From: Candidatus Thorarchaeota archaeon
Lineage (GTDB): Archaea > Asgardarchaeota > Thorarchaeia > Thorarchaeales > Thorarchaeaceae
Reading direction: 5' to 3'
DNA length: 64,000 nt
NCBI GenBank assembly: GCA_016933575.1
Contig: JAFGAR010000025.1
Coordinates: 1 to 64,000 of the forward strand
A program made the translations under genes and the position numbers. Of this stretch, positions 9,516 to 19,923 are shown piece after piece. The notes beneath the pieces were generated by a model. The model did no database searches and was not told where the DNA came from. It saw only the letters and a program-made list of their open reading frames with translations. The first letter of the stretch is position 1. The number at the start of each line of letters is the position of its first letter.

Positions 9516-11069
9516 ATGACCGATCGAAAGTACAAATTTGATGAACTTACCAGACTCAGAGAAGAGTCAAAGCTCGGAGGCGGAGAAGACCGAATCAAAA
9601 AAGAACATGAAAGAGGTCGGTTGACTGCCAGAGAACGTCTGGACAGAGTTTTGGATCCTGGTTCTTTTGTTGAGATTGATGAGTTTGTAGTTCATCGAGA
9701 GACTGGTTTTGGTATGGAGAATCAAAAGATACTTGGTGATGGTGTCGTAACTGGATTTGGTACAATTAGTGGTCGAAAGGTCTTCATCTTCAGTCAAGAC
9801 TTCACAGTCTGGGGCGGTTCGTTAGCTGAGATGTATGGCGAGAAGATGGTCAAGATCATGAATATGGCTATGGATGCAGGTGCTCCAATGATTGGTATCA
9901 ATTCTGGAGCTGGTGCTAGGGTGCAAGAAGGAATACGTTCGCTCAAAGTGTATTGTGATGTGTTCAAACTCAACACCCTTGCTAGTGGAGTGATCCCTCA
10001 AATCTCCGCAATCATGGGTCCTTGTGCTGGTGGCGCGGTCTATTCTCCTGCGGTCACAGACTTCACAATCATGGTGAAAGAGATAGCTCATATGTTTATC
10101 ACTGGCCCTGATGTCATAAAGACGGTCACAGGCGAAGAAGTCACCTTCGAAGAACTTGGTGGAGCTATGACTCACAACTCAGTGAGCGGCGTAGCACAGT
10201 TTGCAAGCGAAGATGAGGAGCACTGCTTTGAACAGATACGTACTCTACTAAGTTACATCCCTCAGAATAACTTGGAAGAACCGCCACGTGTTGATACTGG
10301 ACATGCTCCACATGATATTGATGAGAGCATAGATGATCTTGTCCCTGATGATCCAAACAAACCCTACGACATGAAAGATGTTGTAAGAAAATTAGTAGAC
10401 AATGGCGAGTTCTTTGAGGTCCATGAACACTGGGCGAAGAATATGCTAGTTGGGTTTGCACGATTTGATGGTCGCTCGGTAGGAATTGTTGGTAACAATC
10501 CTGCACATCTTGCTGGTACCCTGGATATCAATGCCTCTGACAAGTGTGCGAGATTCGTTCGATTTTGTGATGCCTTCAATATTCCAATCATTACCTTCAT
10601 GGATGTACCCGGGTACCTTCCAGGAATATCACAAGAGTGGGGTGGCATTATTCGACATGGTGCAAAGATACTCTATGCCTTCGCTGAGGCTACTGTCCCG
10701 ATGATCACGATCATTACCCGAAAGGGCTATGGTGGAGCTTTTGATGTTATGTCATCAAAGGCTATTGGTGCTGACCTTGTCTACGCATGGCCAACGGCAG
10801 AGATCGCAGTGATGGGCCCAGATGGTGCAATCAATATCATCTTCAGGAAGGAGATAGAAGCAGCGAAGGACAAAGAGAAAAAACGTGCCGAGCTTGTGAA
10901 AGAATACAGGGAGAAGTTTGCTAATCCCTATATCGCAGCAGGTCTTGGCTACATCGATAAAGTCATCTTTCCAAGAGAGACAAGACCTTTGATCTGCAGC
11001 GGACTTGATATGCTTGCGAGTAAGAGAAAATCACGTCCTCCAAAGAAACATGGAAACATTCCACTCTAA
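9516..11069 (+). CDS. pccB: Acyl-CoA carboxyltransferase (PccB/MmdA/transcarboxylase 12S family)
   Basis: LTARER, GDGVVTG, GGSL, GARVQEG, GPCAGGAVY, DVPGYLPG, KKHGNIPL. Confidence 0.95.
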   Translation: MTDRKYKFDELTRLREESKLGGGEDRIKKEHERGRLTARERLDRVLDPGSFVEIDEFVVHRETGFGMENQKILGDGVVTGFGTISGRKVFIFSQDFTVWGGSLAEMYGEKMVKIMNMAMDAGAPMIGINSGAGARVQEGIRSLKVYCDVFKLNTLASGVIPQISAIMGPCAGGAVYSPAVTDFTIMVKEIAHMFITGPDVIKTVTGEEVTFEELGGAMTHNSVSGVAQFASEDEEHCFEQIRTLLSYIPQNNLEEPPRVDTGHAPHDIDESIDDLVPDDPNKPYDMKDVVRKLVDNGEFFEVHEHWAKNMLVGFARFDGRSVGIVGNNPAHLAGTLDINASDKCARFVRFCDAFNIPIITFMDVPGYLPGISQEWGGIIRHGAKILYAFAEATVPMITIITRKGYGGAFDVMSSKAIGADLVYAWPTAEIAVMGPDGAINIIFRKEIEAAKDKEKKRAELVKEYREKFANPYIAAGLGYIDKVIFPRETRPLICSGLDMLASKRKSRPPKKHGNIPL

Positions 11070-11221
11070 ATTTGTGGAATAGTATGGGAGTGCGTATGAT
11101 TGAGTCCATTTGTGTTGGTTACAATCGAAGAACTATTTTTTTCATTATATAAAGTCGGAATTAGATTAAATATCAATTCATTCTCCTTTCAAACCCACTC
11201 TTCAAGGAGTATGAACAACCC

Positions 11222-14200
11222 ATGGCAATCGATGATGAAATTTCCCTGATCTCTGCAATTCTTGAGAACGTTCCTACTCCAATCTTCATGTCAACGCCTG
11301 ATGGGAAGATATTCTATACAAATAGGGAATTATTTGGATTTACCATTTACGATTTGAAAGGAAAGAGTGTCTATGATTTAGTGAGAGATGAGCTTCGAGA
11401 TGAATATCGAAGAATAATTACAGAGGTTGTCCAATCACTTGAAATCAGGGAATTCATTTTCAAAGAAGGCGCCGATAAACGGATTCAACTTCGTGTTAGT
11501 CCCGTAGTTGTTGATAATGAAGTCACATCCCTAATGTTCTTTTACAATACTATTGCTATAGAGGGAGTTCACGCAGAAGGCATATTGAAGGAGGAACAAA
11601 ATAGAGTTGAAATGTATCTTCAAATGGCAAGCGTCATATTCTTGGTCCTCAATGCACATGGCGAGATAGTTCTCATAAATCGAAAGGGAACAGAAGTCCT
11701 AGGATACTCAAAAGATGAACTTCTAGGAACATCATGGTTTGATTACATTCCTATATCAACACGTGATCAGGTCGTAACTAATTTCCGCAAGTTAATAGAT
11801 GGTAGAATTGATGCTATCGAATACATTGAGAGAGAATTACTTACAAAAACTGGAGATGAAAGACTAATAGCATGGCAAAGCGCAGTATTACAAGATGCTG
11901 AAGGAAATTCGCTCGGAGTTATCAGTTCTGGTGAGGATATTACTGAGAAGAGAGTAACGCAACAAGAACTAAAGCAATCACAAGAAATGTTCAAACTGGT
12001 TATGAACAATATCCCACAATATGTCTTCTGGAAAGACACAGAATCAAGATATTTAGGGTGTAATCCGGTCTTTGCAATCAATGCAGGTTTTGGCAGTCCA
12101 GATGAGCTAATTGGAAAACATGACCTTGAGATGCCTTGGAGAGTTTCAGAATCAGAGGTCTTTCTGGAGGCCGATAGACTTATTCTAAGTGGATCAATAA
12201 AAAGGTATGATAACATCGAACATATGAGAAAGGCAGATGGAACTGATGCGCTATTTAGAACCATCAAGGTTCCTCTCACAGACCTCGACAATAACATTAT
12301 TGGAGTCTTAGGAACTGCAGAAGATGTCACGGAAAAGAGGAAAGCAGAACTTGAGTTAGCAAGAAGCGAACAGAAGTTTAGAACCTTATTGCAGTCTCTT
12401 GATGATCTTGTTTTTGTCTTTGACGAAGAAGGAAGATATGTGGATTATTTCGCCAAGAGCGAGGATTTTCTTTATGTGCGACCTTCTGAATTCCTCAGAA
12501 AGCCCATCACAGAGGTTTTGCCTTTGGATGTTTCTATTCCATTCTTAGAAAGTATGAAACGAGTACGAACAACAGGTGTTAGTGAAACATTCGATTATTG
12601 CCTACCCGATGAGAGTGGAGAAAGATGGTTCTCCAGTAACATTTCTCCTCATGAAGATGGTAAAAACGTTGTAACAGTTATCCGAGAGATAACAAGTCGT
12701 GTAAAAGCAGCTCGGGATCTAGAACTAGCATTCAATATTATCAATCTTAGTACAACAGTGGCATTCCTATGGAGAAATGAACCAAATCGACCGGTCGAGT
12801 TTGTAACTGGAAATGTTCATGATCTATTTGGATATTCACTGGAGGAGCTAAAGTCTGGGCATATAAGTTACAAGAACCTTATTCACCCTGATGATTGGGA
12901 ACGCGTTCGAAATGAGGTTCGTGGATTCAGTGCTGATCGATTGTGTGATAGTTACACACATGAACCCTATAGAATAGTAGCAAAGTCAGGAGAGGTTCGA
13001 TGGATATCTGATTTCACTGTGCTAAGGAGGGATGAGCAAGGCAACATCACCCATAGACAATCTGTGCTTTCGGATGTCACAAGTAGAATCCTGATTGAAC
13101 AAGCCTTGAGAGAATCTGAATCTCGGTATCGCTCAGTAATTGAACAATCACTCATGGGAATCGCAGTAATCTCCGAACAAAAAACTATCATTTTTGCAAA
13201 TAGTATGCTATCGCATCTACTCAATAGAAGCGTAGACGAGTTAACATCAATGGATCTTAGTGGAGTAATAAAGCTCATTCATCCTGAAGATTTAGAATCA
13301 ACTGACAGATTTATCGCCCAATGTTTTGAAGGTCATGAGGAAGCCCCTATTGTGATACGGATTATATATGATGAATCCACTACATCCTGGTTCGAGATTT
13401 TTGGAAGTAGAATTCTATACGAGAATAAGGATGCAGTCCAATTGAGTGTAATTGATATAAGTGAGAGATATTTAGCTGTAGAGGCACTTAGGCGAGAACG
13501 TGCATCATTTAGAAGCATAGCTGAATCAGCTATCCTAGCTAATGAAACTGAAGAGATGGCTCGACAAATTCTACACGGATTTATGCAAGCTATGAATCTT
13601 GAAATTGGGAGTATTGATCTCGTCGATTTCAAGAAGTGCACCCTAAGACCTACTGCATGGTTTGGTGTCCCTGCAAGTGTGGCTATGAGTGATATTCCAC
13701 TTGATAGTGAAATAACTGACTCATATATAGTCGGCAGAGTCTGTAAAACTAAAGAACGAATTATATCACCGGATATCACATTAGATTTAGATTTGGAACA
13801 ATATCCTTACGTCCATCAGTTGGGATTTCGATCCTTGCTCGTTATGCCATTGATTGGTACGGATGGGAATATAATCGGAACATTCTCGAGTGGGTCTAGA
13901 AAGCCGGGTATGGTTAATGCTCGAGATAGTGTCTTCTATGAAACTATCTCTGGATTGTTGGTCACAGTCCTAGAAAGGAAACAAACCGAGCAAGCATATA
14001 GGATGAGTATTAGAAGATATCGTGATTTGTTAACAGATCTCCCTGAAGGCATTGCCATTGTTGATTTGGATGAGAATTTTGTCTTTGTAAATGAGGCTTT
14101 CTGTAGGATACTAGGTTATGAAACAGAAGAGCTACTAGGAACTGACTCAAGAATTATGATTCATCCCGATGATATTGATTTCATAATAAAGGAAACAGCT

Positions 14201-15103
14201 TCCAGGATTCATGGAAGGTCTTCAGCATACCAAGTCAGGATGATACGAAAAGATGGAGAAGAACGAATTGTCAGGATTTCAGCAATCCCCTCTCGAGATA
14301 ATGCAGGAGAAGTTGAAGGTACTATCGCAGTCATAACTGATATCACTGAACGGGTTCGTGCAGAGAATGAGGTGCGGAAACTTAACGAAGAATTGGCAAA
14401 GAGAGTGAAAGAGAGGACTGCCGAACTAGAAGCAGCAAACAAAGAGTTGGAATCTTTTGCATATACTGTTTCACACGATCTACGAGCACCTCTACGAATC
14501 ATTGATGGCTTTAGTCAAGCAATCTTGGAGGATTACGGCAACTCTCTCGACGATGCTGGTAATGACTATCTGAATAGGATTCGAAAAGGGGTTGCCAACA
14601 TGGCAGGTCTAATTGAAGACACATTGGGTCTATCTCGTGTTACTAGAGCTGAAATGGAAAGAGTTGAGGTGAACCTATCCAAACTAGCAGAAGAAGTTGT
14701 AGCAGAACTAAAAGAAGGGAACTCTGAACGATCTCTGCAAATATCAATAGAATCAGATGTGGTAACACAATGCGATAAACGGTTCATGAGAGTCGTATTA
14801 CAGAATCTTATTGAGAACTCGTGGAAATTCACATCCAAAGTTTCTGATCCTCAAATTCATTTTGGAAGATATCGTGTTGACAATGAGGAGGTCTATTATG
14901 TGCGGGATAATGGGGTGGGTTTCAACATGGCATATGCTGAGAAACTGTTCAAACCATTTCAGAGACTACATGGGCTTGATGAATTCGAAGGATCAGGAAT
15001 TGGTCTTGCCACAGTGATGCGAATAGTAACCAGACATGGAGGTAGAATTTGGGCTGAGGCAGAACCTGGAAAAGGCGCAACATTCTGTTTCACATTGAAA
15101 TAA
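11222..15103 (+). CDS. Soluble multi-PAS/GAF sensor histidine kinase
   Basis: About 7 PAS/PAC plus GAF; VSHDLRAPL H-box, NLIENSWKF, DNGVGF, GSGIGLA. Confidence 0.92.
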   Translation: MAIDDEISLISAILENVPTPIFMSTPDGKIFYTNRELFGFTIYDLKGKSVYDLVRDELRDEYRRIITEVVQSLEIREFIFKEGADKRIQLRVSPVVVDNEVTSLMFFYNTIAIEGVHAEGILKEEQNRVEMYLQMASVIFLVLNAHGEIVLINRKGTEVLGYSKDELLGTSWFDYIPISTRDQVVTNFRKLIDGRIDAIEYIERELLTKTGDERLIAWQSAVLQDAEGNSLGVISSGEDITEKRVTQQELKQSQEMFKLVMNNIPQYVFWKDTESRYLGCNPVFAINAGFGSPDELIGKHDLEMPWRVSESEVFLEADRLILSGSIKRYDNIEHMRKADGTDALFRTIKVPLTDLDNNIIGVLGTAEDVTEKRKAELELARSEQKFRTLLQSLDDLVFVFDEEGRYVDYFAKSEDFLYVRPSEFLRKPITEVLPLDVSIPFLESMKRVRTTGVSETFDYCLPDESGERWFSSNISPHEDGKNVVTVIREITSRVKAARDLELAFNIINLSTTVAFLWRNEPNRPVEFVTGNVHDLFGYSLEELKSGHISYKNLIHPDDWERVRNEVRGFSADRLCDSYTHEPYRIVAKSGEVRWISDFTVLRRDEQGNITHRQSVLSDVTSRILIEQALRESESRYRSVIEQSLMGIAVISEQKTIIFANSMLSHLLNRSVDELTSMDLSGVIKLIHPEDLESTDRFIAQCFEGHEEAPIVIRIIYDESTTSWFEIFGSRILYENKDAVQLSVIDISERYLAVEALRRERASFRSIAESAILANETEEMARQILHGFMQAMNLEIGSIDLVDFKKCTLRPTAWFGVPASVAMSDIPLDSEITDSYIVGRVCKTKERIISPDITLDLDLEQYPYVHQLGFRSLLVMPLIGTDGNIIGTFSSGSRKPGMVNARDSVFYETISGLLVTVLERKQTEQAYRMSIRRYRDLLTDLPEGIAIVDLDENFVFVNEAFCRILGYETEELLGTDSRIMIHPDDIDFIIKETASRIHGRSSAYQVRMIRKDGEERIVRISAIPSRDNAGEVEGTIAVITDITERVRAENEVRKLNEELAKRVKERTAELEAANKELESFAYTVSHDLRAPLRIIDGFSQAILEDYGNSLDDAGNDYLNRIRKGVANMAGLIEDTLGLSRVTRAEMERVEVNLSKLAEEVVAELKEGNSERSLQISIESDVVTQCDKRFMRVVLQNLIENSWKFTSKVSDPQIHFGRYRVDNEEVYYVRDNGVGFNMAYAEKLFKPFQRLHGLDEFEGSGIGLATVMRIVTRHGGRIWAEAEPGKGATFCFTLK

Positions 15104-15223
15104 TTCTGAGAATGTGCCCTCAACATCGATTGAACACCATTTCTAATCTTAATTGTTCTAATGATCGAAAATATGTTCCATATCGAATGAGTTCTGTTGG
15201 GGTAAGAGATGAATCCTTTCTGA

Positions 15224-16621
15224 TCATGAAATTATTCCCTTTAGGACCTCTTCTGTCTGAATACACAATAGTTTCATTCTATCTTCATCGAAGTAGCCAT
15301 TATGATAGTTCAGAGTGAGAGTCAATCTTCCTGCTGCTGTAGCCACGCCTGCGGCAATCTCCAATTTCAGTCCTGAGGATGGTGTAAAGAATACGCGTTC
15401 TATTTTGATTCCATTTACTTCTGATGGAATGCTTAGTCTTCCAAGATTTGTTGTCATCACGTTTGGTGCGCTATTCTCCATCTTACTCACGTATTTAGAT
15501 ACCAATCCAGTTTCTTGCTTGGCATACGTGGAGAGTTTCTCATATCGACTCTGATGAGGTTCCACTAGCGGTGATACAACCTTAAACCACAAAGCCTCGA
15601 ACAGAGTTGGGTCTATGAGGTATTGATCAAGGATTGAGCTAAAGATCTTGTTATTTTCCATCTGCTTTCGAACTTGCTTGTGATAGCTCTTGACATTCTC
15701 CCAAAATGATTGCTTCGCATCATAATCAAACGTAAAAAGAGATCCACCTGCATAGAGTCCTACAGCATCTCCAACACGGGCTTTCAATCGCTCTCGTGTA
15801 TCTACTGCGGTTCCAACCTTTACCTTTCCATTATATGGGCCGAGAGCTTCAATGCGTGCCTTAAGCAAGGCCACCACCAAAGCAGAATTTACGGTGACCT
15901 CGTTCTCTCGACAAACGTTGATTAGTTGCGTGGTTTCCTCCTCTGAAAGCATCACCGACTCAACACAATATCTAGAATTTTTCCAGAATACTTCCTCGAT
16001 ATTTGTGACATCTTCCTCGTCAAAGAGTATTTTCTCTTTGTCCCATTTTTTATTCACTATACCAATGAGCCACCGTTTGATGCGGCTCTGAGATATTCCA
16101 TCAGGAAAGATCTCTGGAAGGTGAACAGGTACTTCTGACATCTGTGGTGGTTCACGATTGGGGTCTCCAAGGTGTAAGAGGACTTCACGTAAGGCAAGTT
16201 CTAGTGATCTCCCATCTGATATGCTATGATGACAGAATATAATGAGTTCAGAAGTTTCAAGACCCTGTACAAGAATAAATCTCGTCAAGGGTCCTTTGGT
16301 TGGCCTAATTGGTATGGCATGTTCCAGATTGAGAACGTCTAACCAGTATTCATCTGATGAGCGTTCATATACTTTGACGGGCACTTCAGCAGCACCTTTT
16401 GTGATTGCCCATTTCGGATCTGAGTATGAGTCTATCCTGGTAGCAAAGAGTGGGTACGTTTCCAATGTCTTATCGACTGCTCTTCGTAATTCTTGTTCTG
16501 ATATCTGTCCATTGAATCTAGCTACCAGTGAAATATGTGAAACAGCTCCCATAAGGAACCGTCGTTCTTGCAATGTAATTGGTCTTCTGAAATGCTCAAT
16601 TTGTCCTGTTTCAAGTTGCAT
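15224..16621 (-). CDS. Stand-alone condensation-domain / PapA5-like CoA-dependent acyltransferase
   Basis: HHSISDG (HHxxxDG), VTVNSAL, VDTRERL, TNLG motifs. Confidence 0.8.
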   Translation of the reverse strand: MQLETGQIEHFRRPITLQERRFLMGAVSHISLVARFNGQISEQELRRAVDKTLETYPLFATRIDSYSDPKWAITKGAAEVPVKVYERSSDEYWLDVLNLEHAIPIRPTKGPLTRFILVQGLETSELIIFCHHSISDGRSLELALREVLLHLGDPNREPPQMSEVPVHLPEIFPDGISQSRIKRWLIGIVNKKWDKEKILFDEEDVTNIEEVFWKNSRYCVESVMLSEEETTQLINVCRENEVTVNSALVVALLKARIEALGPYNGKVKVGTAVDTRERLKARVGDAVGLYAGGSLFTFDYDAKQSFWENVKSYHKQVRKQMENNKIFSSILDQYLIDPTLFEALWFKVVSPLVEPHQSRYEKLSTYAKQETGLVSKYVSKMENSAPNVMTTNLGRLSIPSEVNGIKIERVFFTPSSGLKLEIAAGVATAAGRLTLTLNYHNGYFDEDRMKLLCIQTEEVLKGIIS

Positions 16622-16732
16622 TTTAATCAGAATTATTATATTTCATAACTTTTAAATATTTACGAAATAAGCAAGAACTGCAATCTATATTACCATTTAT
16701 TCATTATCGACAAAAGCGAGTTGTATCAATAG

Positions 16733-17833
16733 ATGACCCCAGAGGAAGTAAAGCGAGATTTCATCGCCTTTATGGAACGGCTTCATAGCAGAGACGCATA
16801 TCCTCGTAACTTCTTTGGTGTTCTAACCTGTCTACTTATAGAGCATGATTCTGTATCCCAGGATAGAATAGTTGAATTGACTAATTACTCGCAAGCGGCA
16901 GTTTCAATTGCCCTTCAGAAAATTCAGCTTGTTATGCCAGTGACTACTATCAAGAAAACAGGAGATCGAAAGAAGTATTACACCTTCAACGGATCTCCAG
17001 AAGACTTCGTCTTAATGCTAATGAAAAAGCGAACAGATGTTTCAGATATCGATAAGCAGATGGTAAAGGAACTCTTGAACAGAACCGAGTCTCTTCCAAG
17101 AAAACATAAGTCCGTGACTCGTTTTAGTAATCATTTGAAGGGACTATTATCATTACTCAATTTCATGGAAGATGTGAGAAAAAGGAGCATTGAACTTTTA
17201 AGAAAGTCACTTGAGACAGGTAAATTCAGTGAATCTTATCTCTCAGATCTCTCAAAGATAAAAATCAATGAAATTACCAGAATACTATCTCATATAAGCC
17301 CTACAAACCTCTCGTCGCAGGAATCAACACAAGCTCAGCATGTTTTTCCTTCTGAGTTTCTAGCTTTGAAACGAGAATTCTCTAAGGGAATCCAACGAAG
17401 CATCAATCCTCTCTTTTCCCAGAGTGCTGCTCATTTGGTCATGGTAATCCATAGTGTGATGATAGATGGTTCTTCCACGCAGGAAGCAATTCAAGAATCT
17501 ACAGAATTGTCTAGAAGTACTATCTCAGAAATTTTGAGTCATGGGCTTGAACGACAACTACTTCGTGTAGAGCGAGTTTCGGGATCTAGAGTAAAGATCT
17601 ACTTACCAAATATCTCACTAGGCGGATTGCTGACTAGTCATTACAGTCGCTCTGTTTCATACTCAAAATCAGTGCGCAGTAAGGTGATAGAACTCATCTC
17701 AAAAATAGACACTAATAATCAAGACTCTCGTGATCTGTTAAAGGCATTACATGAAATAAAGTGCGTATATTCAATACTAGAAGATTTCACGGCAAATCTC
17801 GAGTCCTTCTTGATGAAGACAATCGATTTGTAA
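16733..17833 (+). CDS. Tandem GbsR/MarR-like winged-helix regulator
   Basis: Two wHTH units (SQAAVSIAL...GDRKKYY; SRSTISEIL...GSRVKIY). Confidence 0.7.
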   Translation: MTPEEVKRDFIAFMERLHSRDAYPRNFFGVLTCLLIEHDSVSQDRIVELTNYSQAAVSIALQKIQLVMPVTTIKKTGDRKKYYTFNGSPEDFVLMLMKKRTDVSDIDKQMVKELLNRTESLPRKHKSVTRFSNHLKGLLSLLNFMEDVRKRSIELLRKSLETGKFSESYLSDLSKIKINEITRILSHISPTNLSSQESTQAQHVFPSEFLALKREFSKGIQRSINPLFSQSAAHLVMVIHSVMIDGSSTQEAIQESTELSRSTISEILSHGLERQLLRVERVSGSRVKIYLPNISLGGLLTSHYSRSVSYSKSVRSKVIELISKIDTNNQDSRDLLKALHEIKCVYSILEDFTANLESFLMKTIDL

Positions 17834-19908
17834 TTTGTGAGAGTATTTTATATAGGTCTATACCAACACTCTACTATAGGATGGGGTCTGGGATGTATAT
17901 ACGCAGTGATTATGCCAGAATCCTAAATAGTGATTCTAGACCATGGCTGATTATTCACGCATTGAGAACTTTTCCAGATAGTTTCAAGAGTGAAGATTTC
18001 CAAAGAGCCCTTAAAAGGGCAGTCCCTCGAATTGTGAAAGCAATCCGGGACAGAGAGAATGTTTTTGATATTCTCCGGTATTTGGTCTATGACGAATTCG
18101 ATATTGGATACACAAATCAAGTTCATCCTATTTCGTCGAATATACGAAGTTCTTCGCCTTGGATTATTGAAATTGATGAAATCAAACAAGCTCTTTTAGA
18201 ACGTATCAATGAGAAAGGATTGTTTCATACACTAGGTAAATACCATCCTGAAAAGATACCTACGATTGTCCAAGCACTTCGAGACTGTGGTGTACACAAA
18301 GAGCCTCTTGAAGTTCCTTTACGATTATCTGATGATAAGGTTCTATTAGATTGGATTATTGCTTTGAAGGATACTGATTATGTCTATACGATTTTGAGAA
18401 ATCGATTGGCACAGGATCCATCTTACTACAGAGAGATTCTGGAACTATTTCCTCTTGATTCAAGCATCTTCTTCTATGAGAAACTCAGATTATCTGAATT
18501 AATGGCACTGAAATTGCTACCTGACATCCTCTCAGTTCCAAACATGGAGAAATTAGAAAATCTACTCACTCTAATCAATGGATTTTCATTGTATAAATAC
18601 ACTCATATTTATCAAAAACAGATAATTAATCTACTACGTGAAATTACATCTGACTTTGAACTAGTTGATATTTTACTATCAAATATTGATGAATTCAATG
18701 AGAATCAACAATGGAGAGAAACTGTTTCTGGAATCCTCGATTCTATGTGTTGCGATATATTAGCAGTGCTGGCAAAGAAGAAACGAACTTGTACTGACTT
18801 TCATCTAGAGATCATCAACACGTATGTTGAGAAATCGAAGGACACAATTCAGAAATCAATCCAGTCAAGCAAGAGATTCGAATTCTGGTTCTTGCACGTC
18901 ATGGAATTCCAAGAGCTTTGGAGCAGTTCAGGAATTCGTAAGGCTCTTGCTGAGCAGCTCTCAAATATTGCTGCAATGGTTGCAACAAAGGAAATAGCTG
19001 ATCAATCAGAGAGCGGTCAATATACTGAAGTCATCTTATCCTATTGGAAGGAAAAGGAAGAACATCAACGGACTCGCGAGATTATGAGTGCCTTTGTTGA
19101 AGAAGCTGATTCTCCACTACCAATTTTCATTCTTCTCAAGAAGCCTGAGCTTCTTGATGTTATCGAGATTCTGGCAGTAAGATACATCACTGAGAGCGAA
19201 AACCCCTGGCAGGTCTGTACTTCAGTATCAGTACTCCCATTTCTTGCAAGTAGTAGGGCAATCAATGATGCTATCAATAAGAGAGCTGATGAGATGATTC
19301 TATCTCTAAAGAAATCAGCTTGGCCTCTCGTTATGTTTGAAACCTGTGAATCTCTATCATTGAATGAATCTTCAAAATTACGAAAAGGGTGTTCTGAGAT
19401 ACTCACAGACCCATCTATCGACTCAAGGTGGATTGAACGGAAAATCAACGAGTGCGCTAATATTGAAAAGAGATATCCCAATATTGCCTTTGCAGATATT
19501 ATTGAATCACTCATTCATGATGCAAGCTACAAAGCTAAAACACTTGAAGAGCGAATCGAATACCTGAATACTCTTCGCGCATGCGTTATTCATTTCGAAA
19601 AGACTACTGATGAAACTTGGGTAAGTCAATGCAAGACAATTGCTGTAAATGACTCAACATTAAATAATGATTCAAGATTTACTTCTACATCTTCACCTGT
19701 ACAATTGAGTGATGTTATCGAAAGAGTCCATTATTGTCCTCTGAATTTCAAGATTGCAGGTAATTCATACGACTCTGGTCTATTACTATATGCATTCGCA
19801 ATATTTGCAACAGACCAGTTACAGCCTGCGACCTATGATCGTGGTCCTGTCAAGTTCAAGGATAATAGGCATTGTATCTACATTGCACCTAGGATTGACC
19901 GGAGATGA
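17761..19908 (+). CDS. Large helical hypothetical protein (true start probably ATG 17881 or 17893)
   Basis: Long ORF with no recognised motif; track start overlaps the upstream gene. Confidence 0.6.
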   Translation: MRIFNTRRFHGKSRVLLDEDNRFVICESILYRSIPTLYYRMGSGMYIRSDYARILNSDSRPWLIIHALRTFPDSFKSEDFQRALKRAVPRIVKAIRDRENVFDILRYLVYDEFDIGYTNQVHPISSNIRSSSPWIIEIDEIKQALLERINEKGLFHTLGKYHPEKIPTIVQALRDCGVHKEPLEVPLRLSDDKVLLDWIIALKDTDYVYTILRNRLAQDPSYYREILELFPLDSSIFFYEKLRLSELMALKLLPDILSVPNMEKLENLLTLINGFSLYKYTHIYQKQIINLLREITSDFELVDILLSNIDEFNENQQWRETVSGILDSMCCDILAVLAKKKRTCTDFHLEIINTYVEKSKDTIQKSIQSSKRFEFWFLHVMEFQELWSSSGIRKALAEQLSNIAAMVATKEIADQSESGQYTEVILSYWKEKEEHQRTREIMSAFVEEADSPLPIFILLKKPELLDVIEILAVRYITESENPWQVCTSVSVLPFLASSRAINDAINKRADEMILSLKKSAWPLVMFETCESLSLNESSKLRKGCSEILTDPSIDSRWIERKINECANIEKRYPNIAFADIIESLIHDASYKAKTLEERIEYLNTLRACVIHFEKTTDETWVSQCKTIAVNDSTLNNDSRFTSTSSPVQLSDVIERVHYCPLNFKIAGNSYDSGLLLYAFAIFATDQLQPATYDRGPVKFKDNRHCIYIAPRIDRR

Positions 19909-19923
19909 ACTGGATTGATGTAT

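Noticed and set aside
11767-14838. Antisense ORFs within the large kinase (and similar shadow ORFs throughout the track)
   Set aside because: Fully nested opposite or within well-supported genes, no motifs
19860-19908. IYIAPRI C-terminus resembling PCNA
   Set aside because: Too short; the rest of the protein is helical and not clamp-like
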